Shown: positions 10,430-22,135 of the stretch, piece by piece
How the letters are laid out: every line of letters begins with the position of its first letter
Numbering within the stretch: the first letter of the stretch is position 1
Assembly: GCA_963718235.1 (NCBI GenBank)
Contig: CAVQYR010000001.1
Location: 640,001-704,000 of the forward strand
DNA length: 64,000 nucleotides
Origin: an uncultured Actinomycetota bacterium
GTDB taxonomy: Bacteria > Actinomycetota > Actinomycetes > JAHEKZ01
Reading direction: 5' to 3'
Position numbers and translations under genes: made by a program
Notes under the pieces: model-generated
Told to the model about the DNA's origin: nothing
Seen by the model: the letters and a program-made list of their open reading frames with translations, nothing else
The model's database searches: none

Positions 10430-11731
10430 ATGACCCTCACCCCCGTCCTCACCGAGCACTGGGACGACCCTGCGCTGCACACCCTCGAGGGCTACCGCCG
10501 ACACGGCGGGTACGAGTCGTTGCCCGTCGCCTTCGCCATGGACCAGGACGACGTCATCGCCCGGGTGAAGGACTCGGGGCTGCGCGGTCGAGGCGGCGCT
10601 GGCTTCCCCACGGGGCTCAAGTGGAGCTTCGTCCCGCAGGGCGACGGCAAGCCGCACTACCTGGTGGTCAACGCCGACGAGTCCGAGCCGGGAGCCTGCA
10701 AGGACGTCCCGTTGATGATGGTCGACCCGCACGCGCTGGTCGAGGGAGTCATCGTCACCTCCTACGCGATCCGGGCCAACCAGGCCTTCATCTACGTCCG
10801 TGGTGAGGTCCCGTTCGTGATCAGGCGGGTCCGTCGGGCGGTCCAGGAGGCCTACGACGCCGGCTACCTCGGACGTGACATCCAGGGGACGGGTTTCGAC
10901 CTCGACGTCGTCGTCCACGCCGGCGCCGGTGCGTACATCTGCGGGGAGGAGACGGCGCTGCTGGACTCCCTCGAGGGGTTCCGTGGGCAGCCCAGGCTCA
11001 AGCCCCCCTTCCCGGCGGTCGCCGGTCTCTACGCGGCCCCGACGGTGATCAACAACGTCGAGACGATCATGAACGTCCCGTACATCCTCAACCGTGGGGT
11101 CGAGTGGTTCCGGTCGTTCGGCACCGAGAAGTCCCCGGGGTTCAAGGTGTTCGCGATGTCGGGGCACGTGTCGAGGCCCGGGATCTACGAGGCGCCGCTC
11201 GGGACGCCCTTTGCCGAGCTCCTCGACTACGCAGGCGGCATGCGTGACGGGCACGAGCTCAAGTTCTGGCTGCCCGGCGGCTCCAGCGTCCCGCTGCTGA
11301 CCGCAGAGCACGCTGACACCCCGATGACCTACGAGGACATCGCCGCGGTCGGGTCGATGCTCGGCACGGGTACGCCGATGGTCTTCGACGAGACCACCAG
11401 CGTGGTCCGCGCGGTGGCACGATGGATCGAGTTCTACAAGCACGAGTCCTGCGGCAAGTGCACCCCGTGCCGCGAAGGCACCTACTGGCTGGTCGACCTC
11501 TTACGCAAGTTCGACGAGGGCCGAGCCGCTGCCGACGACCTGCAGAAGACCCTCGACGTCGGCGAACAGATCATGGGGCGTTCGTTCTGTGCGCTCGGTG
11601 ACGCCGCAGCGACTCCCTACCCGTCGGCGATGAAGTACTTCCGGGCCGAGTTCGAAGCCGGCACGCACACGCCCGTCCACGAGGACTTCCCACCAGCGGC
11701 CTCGACCGTCTTCACCGGAGTCAGCGTCTGA
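10430..11731 (+). CDS. nuoF: NADH-quinone oxidoreductase subunit F
   Basis: GRGGAGFPTG, NADESEPG, YICGEET, ESCGKCTPCREG. Confidence 0.96.
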   Translation: MTLTPVLTEHWDDPALHTLEGYRRHGGYESLPVAFAMDQDDVIARVKDSGLRGRGGAGFPTGLKWSFVPQGDGKPHYLVVNADESEPGACKDVPLMMVDPHALVEGVIVTSYAIRANQAFIYVRGEVPFVIRRVRRAVQEAYDAGYLGRDIQGTGFDLDVVVHAGAGAYICGEETALLDSLEGFRGQPRLKPPFPAVAGLYAAPTVINNVETIMNVPYILNRGVEWFRSFGTEKSPGFKVFAMSGHVSRPGIYEAPLGTPFAELLDYAGGMRDGHELKFWLPGGSSVPLLTAEHADTPMTYEDIAAVGSMLGTGTPMVFDETTSVVRAVARWIEFYKHESCGKCTPCREGTYWLVDLLRKFDEGRAAADDLQKTLDVGEQIMGRSFCALGDAAATPYPSAMKYFRAEFEAGTHTPVHEDFPPAASTVFTGVSV

Positions 11732-14142
11732 TGACCGTCACGACCCCCGTCACCACAGGCGTCGCACCCGTCGACCCAGTCGACACCGTCACGCTGACCG
11801 TCGACGGCATCGAGATCGCCGTGCCCAAGGGCACGCTCATCATCCGTGCGGCCGAGCAGGTGGGCGTGGCCGTGCCGCGGTTCTGCGACCACCCCCTGCT
11901 CGAACCGGTGGCCGCCTGCCGCATGTGCCTCATCGAGGTCGAGGGCCAGCCCAAGCCCCAGCCGGCCTGTGCGGTCACCTGTTCGGACGGCATGGTGGTG
12001 CGCACCCAGCTCACCTCGCCCGTCGCCGACGAGGCTCAGCGCGGGGTGATGGAGTTCCTCCTCATCAACCACCCGCTCGACTGCCCGGTCTGTGACAAGG
12101 GTGGCGAGTGCCCCCTGCAGAACCAGGCGATGACCGAGGGCAACGCCGAGACCCGGTTCGACGGCGCGAAGCGACTGTTCCCCAAACCGATCAACGTGTC
12201 GGCCCAGGTGCTGCTCGACCGGGAGCGCTGCGTGTCGTGCGCCCGTTGCACTCGGTTCTCCGAGCAGATCGCCGGAGACCCGTTCATCGAGCTGCTCGAG
12301 CGTGGGGCGAACCAGCAGGTGGGGATCGCACAGGACGTGCCGTTCAACTCCTACTACTCGGGCAACACGATCCAGATCTGCCCGGTCGGTGCACTGACCA
12401 GTGCGCTGTACCGCTTCCGGGCCCGCCCCTTCGACCTGGTCTCGACCCAGACCACCTGCGAGCACTGCGCCTCAGGGTGTCAGCTGCGCACCGACGTGCG
12501 ACGTGGCTCGATCATGCGCAGGCTCGCCTCCAGCGACCCGACGGTCAACGAGGACTGGAACTGCGACAAGGGACGCTTCGCGTTCCGTTACGTCGAGTCC
12601 GACGACCGGATCACCCATCCGATGGTCCGCGACGGTGAGGAGGGGGCGTTGCGGGTCGCGTCCTGGCCGGAGGCACTCGACGCCGCCGCCCGCGGACTGC
12701 GGGCCGCCGGCCCCCGTACCGGGGTGATGGCCGGTGGGCGCCTGACGGTGGAGGACGCCTACGCCTACGCCAAGTTCGCCAGGGTCGTGCTGAAGAACAA
12801 CAACGTCGACTTCCGGGCCCGTGCGGGGTCCGAGGAGGAGGCAGCCTTCCTGGGGTCTACGGTCGCCGGTACCCGGATGTCGACGACGTACGCGGACCTC
12901 GAGGCCGCCCCGACCGTGCTGCTCGTGGCCTTCGAGCCAGAGGACGAGTCACCGATCGTGCAGCTGCGGCTGCGCAAGGCGGCCCGTCGCGGGTCGACGA
13001 AGGTGTTCAGCGTGGGCGCTGTGGCCACGCGCGGTCTGGCCAAGCTCGACGGCGAGCTCGTAACGACCGTGCCCGGTGAGGAGCCCCGGGCGCTCGACAC
13101 ACTGGCCGACGAGGGCAGCACCGTCGGCCAGGCACTGCGCAAGCGGGGGGCCGTCATCGTCGTGGGTGAGCGCGCGGCCGGGCTGCCGGGAACCCTGAGC
13201 GCCGTCCTTCGGCTGGCGCAGGCGACCGGCGCGAGCGTGGCGTGGGTCCCCCGTAGGGCCGGAGAGCGTGGCGCGGTCGAGAGCGGACTGCTGCCGGGGC
13301 TGCTGCCCGGTGGTCGCCCGGTGTCCGACGCTGCGGCTCGGGTCGATGCGGCGGCCGTGTGGGGTGTGGACTCCGTGCCCGACGAGCCGGGTCTCGACCT
13401 TCCGACGATGGTGGCCGACTGTGCATCAGGTGCGCTCTCCGCCGTCGTCGTCGCCGGGCTCGACCTCGACGACCTGCCCGACTCCGACGCAGCGGTCGCC
13501 GCCCTGGACACCGTCGACTTCGTGGTGGCGCTGGACACCCACCGGCACGATGTCACCGAGCGCGCCGACGTCGTGCTCCCGGTGGCGGCTGCGCCCGAGA
13601 AGGCGGGCTCCTACCTGAACTGGGAGGGGCGGGACCGACCGTTCGGGCAGGCGGTTCGGCATGCGGCCGTCCTGTCCGATGCCCGGGTCCTCAGCTGGCT
13701 GGCCGCCGAGCTCGATGTCGACCTCGGGCTGGACACCCTCGACCGGACCCGCGCCGAGCTCGCGCAGTTCGACGCGTGGGGTGGCACGAGGGTGGCCGCA
13801 CCGGAGGTCGCTCCTGCCGACCCGGCGCAGCCGTCCGGGCGTGAGCTCGTGCTCGCCGGCTGGCGCGCACTCATCGACCCGTCGGTCATGCAGGACGGCG
13901 AGCCGTACCTGGCAGCCACCGCACGGCCCCTGGTCGCGCGGGTGGCCCCGCGAACCGCGGCTGACCTCGGGCTCGCCGACGGCGACGACGTCACCGTCTC
14001 CGGAGCGTCCGGTGCGGTCCGCCGCAGGATCGAGGTCGTGCCCATGGCTGCGGGAGTCGTCGCGCTGACCGAGCACGTCCACCGAGAGCTGGGTGTGGCT
14101 CCCGGTGCGGTCGTCACCGTGAGCGGCGGAGGTGCCGCATGA
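11731..14142 (+). CDS. nuoG: NADH-quinone oxidoreductase subunit G
   Basis: [38 protein letters not shown] Fe-S motifs. Confidence 0.96.
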   Translation: MTVTTPVTTGVAPVDPVDTVTLTVDGIEIAVPKGTLIIRAAEQVGVAVPRFCDHPLLEPVAACRMCLIEVEGQPKPQPACAVTCSDGMVVRTQLTSPVADEAQRGVMEFLLINHPLDCPVCDKGGECPLQNQAMTEGNAETRFDGAKRLFPKPINVSAQVLLDRERCVSCARCTRFSEQIAGDPFIELLERGANQQVGIAQDVPFNSYYSGNTIQICPVGALTSALYRFRARPFDLVSTQTTCEHCASGCQLRTDVRRGSIMRRLASSDPTVNEDWNCDKGRFAFRYVESDDRITHPMVRDGEEGALRVASWPEALDAAARGLRAAGPRTGVMAGGRLTVEDAYAYAKFARVVLKNNNVDFRARAGSEEEAAFLGSTVAGTRMSTTYADLEAAPTVLLVAFEPEDESPIVQLRLRKAARRGSTKVFSVGAVATRGLAKLDGELVTTVPGEEPRALDTLADEGSTVGQALRKRGAVIVVGERAAGLPGTLSAVLRLAQATGASVAWVPRRAGERGAVESGLLPGLLPGGRPVSDAAARVDAAAVWGVDSVPDEPGLDLPTMVADCASGALSAVVVAGLDLDDLPDSDAAVAALDTVDFVVALDTHRHDVTERADVVLPVAAAPEKAGSYLNWEGRDRPFGQAVRHAAVLSDARVLSWLAAELDVDLGLDTLDRTRAELAQFDAWGGTRVAAPEVAPADPAQPSGRELVLAGWRALIDPSVMQDGEPYLAATARPLVARVAPRTAADLGLADGDDVTVSGASGAVRRRIEVVPMAAGVVALTEHVHRELGVAPGAVVTVSGGGAA

Positions 14143-15488
14143 GCACCCTGATGACCCTTCTGGCTGACCAGCAGGACGAGCTCACCACGGCAGCCGCGCT
14201 CGCGGACACCCCGTGGTGGTTGTCGCTGCTCAAGGCGGTCTTCATCTTCGTCTTCCTGGTGCTGTCCACGTTGATCATGATCTGGGCCGAACGTCGCGTC
14301 GTCGCCCGCATGCAGCAGCGGGTCGGGCCCAACCGAGTCGGACCGTTCGGGCTGCTCCAGGGCCTGGCCGACGGCATCAAGCTGGCGCTCAAGGAGGACA
14401 TCACCCCGACTGCCTCGGACCGTGCGGTCTTCATCCTCGCGCCGATCATCTCGGCCACCTTGTGCTTCCTGGCCTTCGCGGTGATTCCGTTCGGCCCGGT
14501 GGTCTCGGTGTTCGGTCACCTGACCCCCTTGCAGCTCAGCGACTTTCCGATCTCGGTCCTCTACGTGCTGGCGATCACCTCGATCGGGGTCTACGGCCTC
14601 GTCCTCGCTGGGTGGTCCAGCGGGTCGACGTACCCGCTGCTGGGTGGGCTGCGCTCGACGGCACAGGTGATCTCGTACGAGATCGCCATGGGTCTGTCCT
14701 TCGTCGCGGTCTTCCTGTTCGCCGGAACCATGTCCACCTCGGGCATCGTGGGGGCGCAGGAGCCGATCTGGTACGCCGTGATCTTGGCCCCTTCGTTCGT
14801 CATCTACGTGATCGCCATGGTCGGCGAGACCAACCGGGCCCCGTTCGACCTGCCTGAGGCGGAGGGTGAGCTGGTCGGCGGGTTCCACACCGAGTACAGC
14901 TCACTGAAGTTCGCACTGTTCTTCCTGGCCGAGTACATCAACATGTTCACGGTGGCCGCGCTGGCGACCACCTTGTTCCTGGGCGGCTGGCACGCACCGT
15001 GGCCGCTGAGCGCGATCGACGACGGCGTGCTGAACACCGGCTGGTGGCCGATGCTCTGGTTCGTCGGCAAGCTGTGGATCTTCATGTTCATGTTCATCTG
15101 GCTGCGCGGAACCCTCCCGAGGATGCGCTACGACCAGTTCATGCGGTTCGGCTGGAAGGTCCTGATCCCGATCTCGCTGCTGTGGATCGTCGCGGTCGCG
15201 ACGGTCCGGGCCGTCGCCACTGAGACCGACCTCGACCGCAACCGCCTGATCGCCTGGGCCGTGGTCGCCATCCTGATCCTGCTCGCGGGCACCTTCGTGT
15301 GGGACTTCGTCGCGGGCCGACGGGCGCCGGTCGAGGTCACGGAGGACGAACCCGAGACCTTCGACGCCTTCGCCGGTGGGTACCCTGTCCCGCCGTTGCC
15401 GGGTCAGCTCTCCGGCGAGGACCAGCCGGTCACCGCCGATGTCGGTCCCGGTCCCACGTCGTCCAGCGAGGAGGTCAGTGATGCCTAG
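14139..15488 (+). CDS. nuoH: NADH-quinone oxidoreductase subunit H
   Basis: [32 protein letters not shown]. Confidence 0.96.
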   Translation: MSTLMTLLADQQDELTTAAALADTPWWLSLLKAVFIFVFLVLSTLIMIWAERRVVARMQQRVGPNRVGPFGLLQGLADGIKLALKEDITPTASDRAVFILAPIISATLCFLAFAVIPFGPVVSVFGHLTPLQLSDFPISVLYVLAITSIGVYGLVLAGWSSGSTYPLLGGLRSTAQVISYEIAMGLSFVAVFLFAGTMSTSGIVGAQEPIWYAVILAPSFVIYVIAMVGETNRAPFDLPEAEGELVGGFHTEYSSLKFALFFLAEYINMFTVAALATTLFLGGWHAPWPLSAIDDGVLNTGWWPMLWFVGKLWIFMFMFIWLRGTLPRMRYDQFMRFGWKVLIPISLLWIVAVATVRAVATETDLDRNRLIAWAVVAILILLAGTFVWDFVAGRRAPVEVTEDEPETFDAFAGGYPVPPLPGQLSGEDQPVTADVGPGPTSSSEEVSDA

Positions 15489-16023
15489 CTTCCTCGACCC
15501 CATCGCTGGGTTCGGCGTCACGTTCAAGACGATGCCGAAGAAGGTGACGACCGAGTTCTACCCGGAGGAGAAGAACCCCGGAAAGCCGCGGTTCCACGGT
15601 CGGCACGTGCTCAACCGCTACTCCGACGGGCTCGAGCGCTGCATCGGGTGCGAGCTGTGCGCCTGGGCGTGCCCGGCCGACGCGATCTACGTCGAGGGGG
15701 CGCCCAACACCGACGATGAGCGGTTCTCTCCGGGTGAGCGGTACGGCCGGGTGTACCAGATCAACTATCTGCGCTGCATCTTCTGCGGGTTGTGCCTGGA
15801 GGCGTGCCCGACCCGCGCGCTGACCATGAGTCGGGAGTACGAGCTGGCGGACACCAGCCGGTCGAGCCTCATCTTCGAGAAGCACGAGCTCCTCGCACCG
15901 CTCGGTGAGGGTGCCGAGGAGCCGCCGCATGCGATGGCCCCCGGCACGACCCAGGACAACTACTACGCGGGGGAGCTCGACAGCGACCCGGCGGCGCCGG
16001 AATCTGTGGGCGGTGCGCAGTGA
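15481..16023 (+). CDS. nuoI: NADH-quinone oxidoreductase subunit I
   Basis: [12 protein letters not shown] and [12 protein letters not shown]; ATG 15481. Confidence 0.95.
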   Translation: MPSFLDPIAGFGVTFKTMPKKVTTEFYPEEKNPGKPRFHGRHVLNRYSDGLERCIGCELCAWACPADAIYVEGAPNTDDERFSPGERYGRVYQINYLRCIFCGLCLEACPTRALTMSREYELADTSRSSLIFEKHELLAPLGEGAEEPPHAMAPGTTQDNYYAGELDSDPAAPESVGGAQ

Positions 16024-16799
16024 CGACCCTGATGGCGGCCACCACAGTCTCCACCGGGGAGCAGGTGACGTTCTGGCTGCTGGCCCCGGTGATGGTGCTG
16101 GCCGCGCTGATGATCCTGCTCAGTCGCAAGGCCGTGCACAGTGCGTTGTGGATGGCGACGACCATGGTGCTGATGTCGGTCTTCTACGCGATGCAAGGCG
16201 GCATCTTCCTGGGCGTGGTGCAGGTGGTCGTCTACACCGGTGCCGTGATGATGCTGTTCCTGTTCGTGCTGATGCTTGTCGGTGTCGACGCTTCCGACTC
16301 GTTCGTGGAGACTCTGCGGGGCCAGCGCTGGGTCACCATGGTGCTCGCCCTCGGCTTCGGTGGGCTCCTGCTCTCGGGGATCGCCCGCGCGACGTTCCCT
16401 CCGGCGGTGGGAGTCACGGCGGCCGACGAGGCTGCCGGTGGACATGTCCGCGCGCTGGCCGAGATCATCTTCACGCAGTACGTCTTCGGCTTCGAGGTGA
16501 TCTCCGCCGTCTTGATCGTGGCTGCGGTGGGAGCGATGGCGCTCACCCACCGCACGACGCTGAAGGCGCGGCTGTCCCAACCGGCGCTGTCCCGGCTGCG
16601 GGTGACCAGCGGGCGGGTGACGACCTTGCCGAGCCCGGGGGTCTACGCCAGGCACAACGCGGTCGACACTCCGGCGCTGCTGCCGGACGGCTCCGCGGCC
16701 GAGGACTCCGTGCCCGAGCATCTGCGCCGCCGCGGTCTCGTGCGGCCCTCTGGGGATGTCGAGCTCCCGCGCGCGGTCGAGGAGGGGGGCGAGCCATGA
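16020..16799 (+). CDS. nuoJ: NADH-quinone oxidoreductase subunit J
   Basis: [19 protein letters not shown]; operon position. Confidence 0.94.
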   Translation: MTTLMAATTVSTGEQVTFWLLAPVMVLAALMILLSRKAVHSALWMATTMVLMSVFYAMQGGIFLGVVQVVVYTGAVMMLFLFVLMLVGVDASDSFVETLRGQRWVTMVLALGFGGLLLSGIARATFPPAVGVTAADEAAGGHVRALAEIIFTQYVFGFEVISAVLIVAAVGAMALTHRTTLKARLSQPALSRLRVTSGRVTTLPSPGVYARHNAVDTPALLPDGSAAEDSVPEHLRRRGLVRPSGDVELPRAVEEGGEP

Positions 16800-17095
16800 C
16801 CCCCACCAACTACCTGTACCTCGCCGGGGTCCTGTTCGCGATCGGCGCGAGTGGGGTGCTGCTGCGTCGGAACTCGATCGTGGTCTTCATGTGCGTCGAG
16901 CTCATGCTGAACGCCTCGAACCTCGCGTTCGTCACGTTCGCCCGGATCAACGGCAACCTCGACGGCCAGGTCGTGGCCTTCTTCGTGATGGTCGTGGCAG
17001 CGGCCGAGGTCGTGGTCGGCCTGGCGATCATCGTGACGATCTTCCGTACCCGGCGCTCGGCCTCGGTCGACGACCCCAACCTGCTGAAGTTGTAG
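16796..17095 (+). CDS. nuoK: NADH-quinone oxidoreductase subunit K
   Basis: [19 protein letters not shown]; ATG 16796 overlaps the nuoJ stop. Confidence 0.95.
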   Translation: MTPTNYLYLAGVLFAIGASGVLLRRNSIVVFMCVELMLNASNLAFVTFARINGNLDGQVVAFFVMVVAAAEVVVGLAIIVTIFRTRRSASVDDPNLLKL

Positions 17096-17099
17096 GCCG

Positions 17100-19034
17100 A
17101 TGCTTGCTCATCTCGCTGACGAAACCGGCTCGCAGACGCTGCAGTCCGTGCAGGACGCGTCCGGTGTCTTCTCGCTGACCTGGCTGCTGGTGGCGCTTCC
17201 ACTGCTGGGCGCGGCGATCCTGCTCCTGGGTGGGCGCCGGACCGACCGATGGGGGCCCTGGCTCGCGGTGGCGACGGTCTGGGCCGGGTTTGCCATCGGC
17301 GCCGTCCAGTTCCTCTCCATGCTCGGACAGCCGTCCGACGAGCGCGCCTACGGTCAGGATCTGTACACGTGGACGGCGTCCGGGCTGTTCGACGTCAACG
17401 TCGGGTTCCTCGTCGACCAGCTGTCGATGGTGTTCATCCTGCTGATCACCTTCGTCGGCGGCCTGATCCACGTCTACTCGCTCGGCTACATGGGCCACGA
17501 CCCCGACCGACGCAGGTTCTTCGCCTACCTGAACCTGTTCGTCGCATCGATGCTGCTGCTGGTCACCGCCTCCAACTACGTGATGGTGTACGTCGGCTGG
17601 GAGGGCGTGGGTCTGGCGTCCTACCTCCTCATCGGCTTCTGGAACCAGAGGGCCGACTACGCCACCGCCGGCAACAAGGCGTTCATCATGAACCGGGTCG
17701 GCGACCTCGGGATGTCGGTCGCCATCATGGTGCTGTTCGCCACCTTCGGCACGACGGCGTTCTCCGGGGTGTTCGCGGCCGCACCCGAGGCGTCGTCCGG
17801 GACCCTGCTCGCCCTCGGCCTGCTGCTCCTGCTGGCGGCCGTCGGCAAGTCGGCCCAGGTGCCGCTCCAGGCCTGGTTGTTGGACGCCATGGCCGGCCCC
17901 ACCCCGGTGTCGGCGCTGATCCACGCGGCCACCATGGTGACGGCCGGTGTCTACCTGATCGTCCGCTCCGGACCCATCTTCAACCTGACCGACGGGGCCC
18001 GGCTGGCGGTCGCCGTCGTCGGGGTCGTCACCTTGCTGCTCGGTGCGTTCATCGGTACCGCCAAGGACGACATCAAGAAGGCCCTGGCCGGCTCGACCAT
18101 GAGCCAGATCGGCTACATGGTGCTGGCTGCCGGCCTCGGGCCGGCCGGCTACGCGTTCGCCATCTTCCACCTGCTCATGCACGGCTTCTTCAAGGCCAAC
18201 CTGTTCCTCGGGGCCGGCTCGGTCATGCACGCCATGGACGACGAGCTGGACATGCGCCGTTTCGGCGGGCTGCGATCCGTGATGCCCATCACCTTCGTCA
18301 CCTTCATGGCCGGCTACCTGGCCATCATCGGCATCCCCCCGTTCGACGGCTTCTTCTCCAAGGACAAGATCATCGAGGCGGCACTGGCCGACAACATCTG
18401 GCTGGGGCTCCTGGCTGCCGTCGGCGCCGGGATCACGGGGTACTACATGACCCGCGTGGTGCTGATGACCTGGTTCGGCGAGCGTCGCTGGGCGGAGTCG
18501 GTGCACCCGCACGAGTCGCCGGGCAGCATGACGGGTCCGCTGGTCGTGCTCGGCATCCTGTCCACCGTCGCGGGGCTCTTCCTGGCGATGGGCAACCGGT
18601 TCGTCGACTGGCTGGCTCCGGTCGTCGGCGAGCCGGTCGAGCACACCTTCGCCGTTCCCACCTGGGTCATCTCCGCGGGAGTCCTGGCCCTGGTCGGGAT
18701 CGGGGTCGGCTTGGCCTACCTCCAGTACGCCACCCGGTCGGTGCCGGTCACGGCCCCGGTCGGCACCCCGGTGACCGTGGCCGCACGCAACGACTTCTAC
18801 GAGGACGCGTTCAACGAGGCCGTCGTGATGCGCCCGGGGCAGTGGCTGACCAGGTTCCTCGTCTTCTTCGACAACAAGGTCGTCGACGGCCTCGTGAATG
18901 GGCTGGCTGCCGGCATCGGTGGCTCGTCGGGACGGCTGCGGCGTTGGCAGACCGGGTTCGTGCGCACGTATGCCTCGTCGATGTTCGCCGGTGCTCTCCT
19001 GATCGTGGGCGCCCTTGTCCTGGTGAGGCTGTGA
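17100..19034 (+). CDS. nuoL: NADH-quinone oxidoreductase subunit L
   Basis: [30 protein letters not shown]. Confidence 0.96.
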   Translation: MLAHLADETGSQTLQSVQDASGVFSLTWLLVALPLLGAAILLLGGRRTDRWGPWLAVATVWAGFAIGAVQFLSMLGQPSDERAYGQDLYTWTASGLFDVNVGFLVDQLSMVFILLITFVGGLIHVYSLGYMGHDPDRRRFFAYLNLFVASMLLLVTASNYVMVYVGWEGVGLASYLLIGFWNQRADYATAGNKAFIMNRVGDLGMSVAIMVLFATFGTTAFSGVFAAAPEASSGTLLALGLLLLLAAVGKSAQVPLQAWLLDAMAGPTPVSALIHAATMVTAGVYLIVRSGPIFNLTDGARLAVAVVGVVTLLLGAFIGTAKDDIKKALAGSTMSQIGYMVLAAGLGPAGYAFAIFHLLMHGFFKANLFLGAGSVMHAMDDELDMRRFGGLRSVMPITFVTFMAGYLAIIGIPPFDGFFSKDKIIEAALADNIWLGLLAAVGAGITGYYMTRVVLMTWFGERRWAESVHPHESPGSMTGPLVVLGILSTVAGLFLAMGNRFVDWLAPVVGEPVEHTFAVPTWVISAGVLALVGIGVGLAYLQYATRSVPVTAPVGTPVTVAARNDFYEDAFNEAVVMRPGQWLTRFLVFFDNKVVDGLVNGLAAGIGGSSGRLRRWQTGFVRTYASSMFAGALLIVGALVLVRL

Positions 19035-19035
19035 C

Positions 19036-20578
19036 GTGAGCGACTTTCCCTGGCTGACCGCCCTGGGCGTGGTGCCGTTCGTCGGTGCCGCGGTGGTGGC
19101 GGCCGTCCCGAAGGGACGCGAGCTCCTGGCCAAGCAGCTGGCGCTCGCGTTCTCCGTGGTCGCCCTGGTCATCGTGGTCGTGATGGCCCTGCAGTTCGAC
19201 GCCGACGCCAGCGAGCCCTTCCAGTTCGTCGAGAGCCACGTCTGGATCGAGCAGTTCGGCATCTCCTACGCGGTCGGCGTCGACGGCATCGCCCTGGTGC
19301 TCCTGGCCCTGCTGGCGGCGCTGGTGCCGGTGGTGATCCTGGCCGGCTGGCACGACGCCGACGACGGTCGACACAGGGTCCAGACGTTCTTCGCCTTGTT
19401 CCTCGCCCTCGAAGGAACGCGTCGTCTTCGTCTTCGCGGCGACGGACCTGTTCCTGTTCTACGTGGCCTTCGAGGTCATGCTCATCCCCGTCTACTTCCT
19501 GATCGGACTCTACGGAGGAGCGCAGCGCACCTACGCAGCCGTGAAGTTCCTCCTGTACAGCCTGTTCGGTGGGCTGATCCTGCTGGCCGGGCTGATCTCC
19601 TTGTACGTCGTGTCGGCCCGTGAGCTCGGTGACGGGACCTTCGACGTCACGACTCTCGCGGGTCTGTCGATCGACCCGAACACCCAGAAGTGGCTCTTCG
19701 CGGCGTTCTTCTTCGCCTTCGCAGTCAAGGCGCCGATGTTCCCCGTGCACACGTGGCTGCCCGACGCCACTGCCGCGGGAACCGCGGGAACGAACACCCT
19801 CGTCGTGGGCGTCCTCGACAAGGTGGGCACGTTCGCAATGATCCGGATCTGCCTTCCTCTGTTCCCCGATGCCTCGCAGTGGGCTGCGCCGGCAGTGGTC
19901 ACGCTCGCAGCCGTCAGCGTCGTCTACGCCGGGCTCGTCGCGATCGGCCAGACCGACATGAACCGCCTGGTCGCGTACGTGTCGGTGTCGCACTTCGGCG
20001 TCATCGTGCTCGGCATCTTCGCCTTCACGACGCTGGGGGGCTCCGGATCGACGTTCTACATGGTCGCCCACGGTCTGAGTGCCGCCGCGCTCTTCCTCAC
20101 CATCGGCTTCCTGGTCCGCCGCCGTGGGTCGGCCCAGGTAGGCGACTACGGCGGCGTCGCCCGGGTGGCCCCGATGCTCGCCGGGGTGCTGCTGGTCGCC
20201 GGGCTGTCCAGCCTGGCCATGCCGGGCCTGGCCGGCTTCGTCGGAGAGCTCACCTCGCTGGTGGGCTCCTACCCGCGCTGGCCGGTGGCGGCGGTGGTGG
20301 CGGTTGCCGGCATCGTCTTGTCCGCGATCTACATCCTGCAGATGTACAAGCGGGTGGCACAGGGACCGAGGTCCGACCAGGTCAAGGGCTTCAGCGACCT
20401 GCTCCCGCGCGAGGCCTGGGCGATCGCCCCGGTCCTGGCGCTGACCATCGCCGCAGGTGTGTTCCCGCAGCCGATCTTCGATGTCGTCAACCCCGCGGTC
20501 GACCGCGTGCTCGAGCAGGTGTCGGCCCCGGTGCTGGAGCCGTCCGTTCCGGCTGACCCGGAAGGAGTCCAGCCGTGA
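19036..20578 (+). pseudogene. nuoM: NADH-quinone oxidoreductase subunit M, frameshifted near 19414-19421 (real lesion or assembly error)
   Basis: The N-terminal frame reads ..FLALEGT; NuoM homology continues in another frame as VVFVFAATDLFLFYVAFEVMLIP..KAPMFPVHTWLPDA. Span is 1543 nt (3n+1). Confidence 0.85.
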
Positions 20579-22131
20579 TCCGGGCCGTCGGTGAGGCTTT
20601 CGAGACTCCGACCTTCGAGTACGGCCTCCTGGCGCCGATGCTGGTCGTGTTCGGGGCGGCTCTGGTCGGGGTCGTGGTCGAGGCGGTGGTCCCTCGTCAG
20701 CACCGCCGGTTCGTGCAGATGGTCGTCTCCCTGGGCGCACTGGTGCTGGCCTTCGTCCTGCTCATCACCGTGGCCCTGCCCGACGCGGGGTCGCTGGCCG
20801 CGCAAGGCAGCGTCGCGATGGACCAGGCGGGCGTGTTCCTCCAGGGCGCCGTCTTGGTCCTTGCTTTCGTGTCGTTCCTGCTCTTCGCCGAGCGGAGGGT
20901 CGACAGCGCTGGCGACTCGTTCACGCCGTCGGCGGCGACGATCCCCGGCAGCGAGGACGAGCGGGAGCTCACCGCGGCAGGTGTTCTGACCACTGAGGTC
21001 TGGCCTCTGGCGCTCTTCTCCGTCGGGGGCATGCTGCTCTTCCCAGTGGCCAACGACCTGCTCACCATGTTCATTGCGCTGGAGGTCATGTCCCTGCCGC
21101 TGTACGTCCTGGCCGGACTCGCCCGTCGTCGTCGCCTGCTGTCGCAGGAGGCCGCGCTGAAGTACTTCCTGCTGGGCGCGTTCTCGTCAGCGTTCTTCCT
21201 GTTCGGCTCGGCGATGCTGTTCGGCTTCTCGGGGTCGATCTCGATGGCCGGGATCAGTGAGGCGCTGGGGACGACGATCGGGCTGGACCCGGTGCTGCTC
21301 CTGGGTACAGCGATGATCGCCGTCGGTCTGCTCTTCAAGATCGGAGCGGTGCCGTTCCACTCGTGGGTTCCCGATGTGTACCAGGGCTCACCGACCCCGG
21401 TGACGGCGTTCATGGCAGCCGCGACGAAGGTCGCCGCGTTCGGTGCCCTGCTGCGGGTCTTCTACGTGGCGCTCGGCGACTACCGGTGGGACTGGCGCCC
21501 CATGATGTGGGCCGTGGCAGTGGCCACCATGCTCGTCGGCGTGGTCGTCGCGATCACCCAGACCGACATCAAGCGGATGCTCGCCTACTCCTCGATCGCC
21601 CAGGCGGGCTTCATCCTCACCGGTGTGATCGCCACGAGCTCGGCAGGGCTGTCGAGCACGCTGTTCTACCTCGTCGCGTACGGGTTCGCGACGATCGGTG
21701 CCTTTGCGATCGTGATGCTGGTCCGAGACGCCGGCGGTGAGGCCACCCACCTGTCCAAGTGGGCCGGACTCGGTCGCCGCTCGCCGGTCGTCGCGGGGGC
21801 GTTCGGGCTGTTCCTGCTGTCCTTCGCCGGGATACCGCTGACCAGCGGGTTCACCGCCAAGTTCGCGGTCTTCGAGGCGGCGGCCGCCGGGGGCGCCGTG
21901 CCCCTGGTGGTGATCGGTGTCGTGTCCAGTGCCATCGCAGCCTTCTTCTACCTGCGGGTCATCGTCTTGATGTTCTTCTCCGAGCCGGCCGACGACGGCC
22001 CGACCGTGGCCATTCCCAGTGCGTTCACGTCGCTGGCGCTGGCCGTCGCGGCGATCGTCACGGTGGCCCTGGGCGTGTTCCCCCAGCCGGTCCTGCAACT
22101 GGCGCAAGAGGCCGCCCAACTGGTGAGGTAG
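20575..22131 (+). CDS. nuoN: NADH-quinone oxidoreductase subunit N
   Basis: EAALKYF, FKIGAVPFHSWVPDVYQG, KRMLAYSS. Confidence 0.96.
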   Translation: MIRAVGEAFETPTFEYGLLAPMLVVFGAALVGVVVEAVVPRQHRRFVQMVVSLGALVLAFVLLITVALPDAGSLAAQGSVAMDQAGVFLQGAVLVLAFVSFLLFAERRVDSAGDSFTPSAATIPGSEDERELTAAGVLTTEVWPLALFSVGGMLLFPVANDLLTMFIALEVMSLPLYVLAGLARRRRLLSQEAALKYFLLGAFSSAFFLFGSAMLFGFSGSISMAGISEALGTTIGLDPVLLLGTAMIAVGLLFKIGAVPFHSWVPDVYQGSPTPVTAFMAAATKVAAFGALLRVFYVALGDYRWDWRPMMWAVAVATMLVGVVVAITQTDIKRMLAYSSIAQAGFILTGVIATSSAGLSSTLFYLVAYGFATIGAFAIVMLVRDAGGEATHLSKWAGLGRRSPVVAGAFGLFLLSFAGIPLTSGFTAKFAVFEAAAAGGAVPLVVIGVVSSAIAAFFYLRVIVLMFFSEPADDGPTVAIPSAFTSLALAVAAIVTVALGVFPQPVLQLAQEAAQLVR

Positions 22132-22135
22132 CGAG

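Noticed and set aside
19036-20578. Programmed frameshifting in nuoM (or in aspC)
   Set aside because: No slippery heptamer or homopolymer at either junction; a sequencing indel is more parsimonious.
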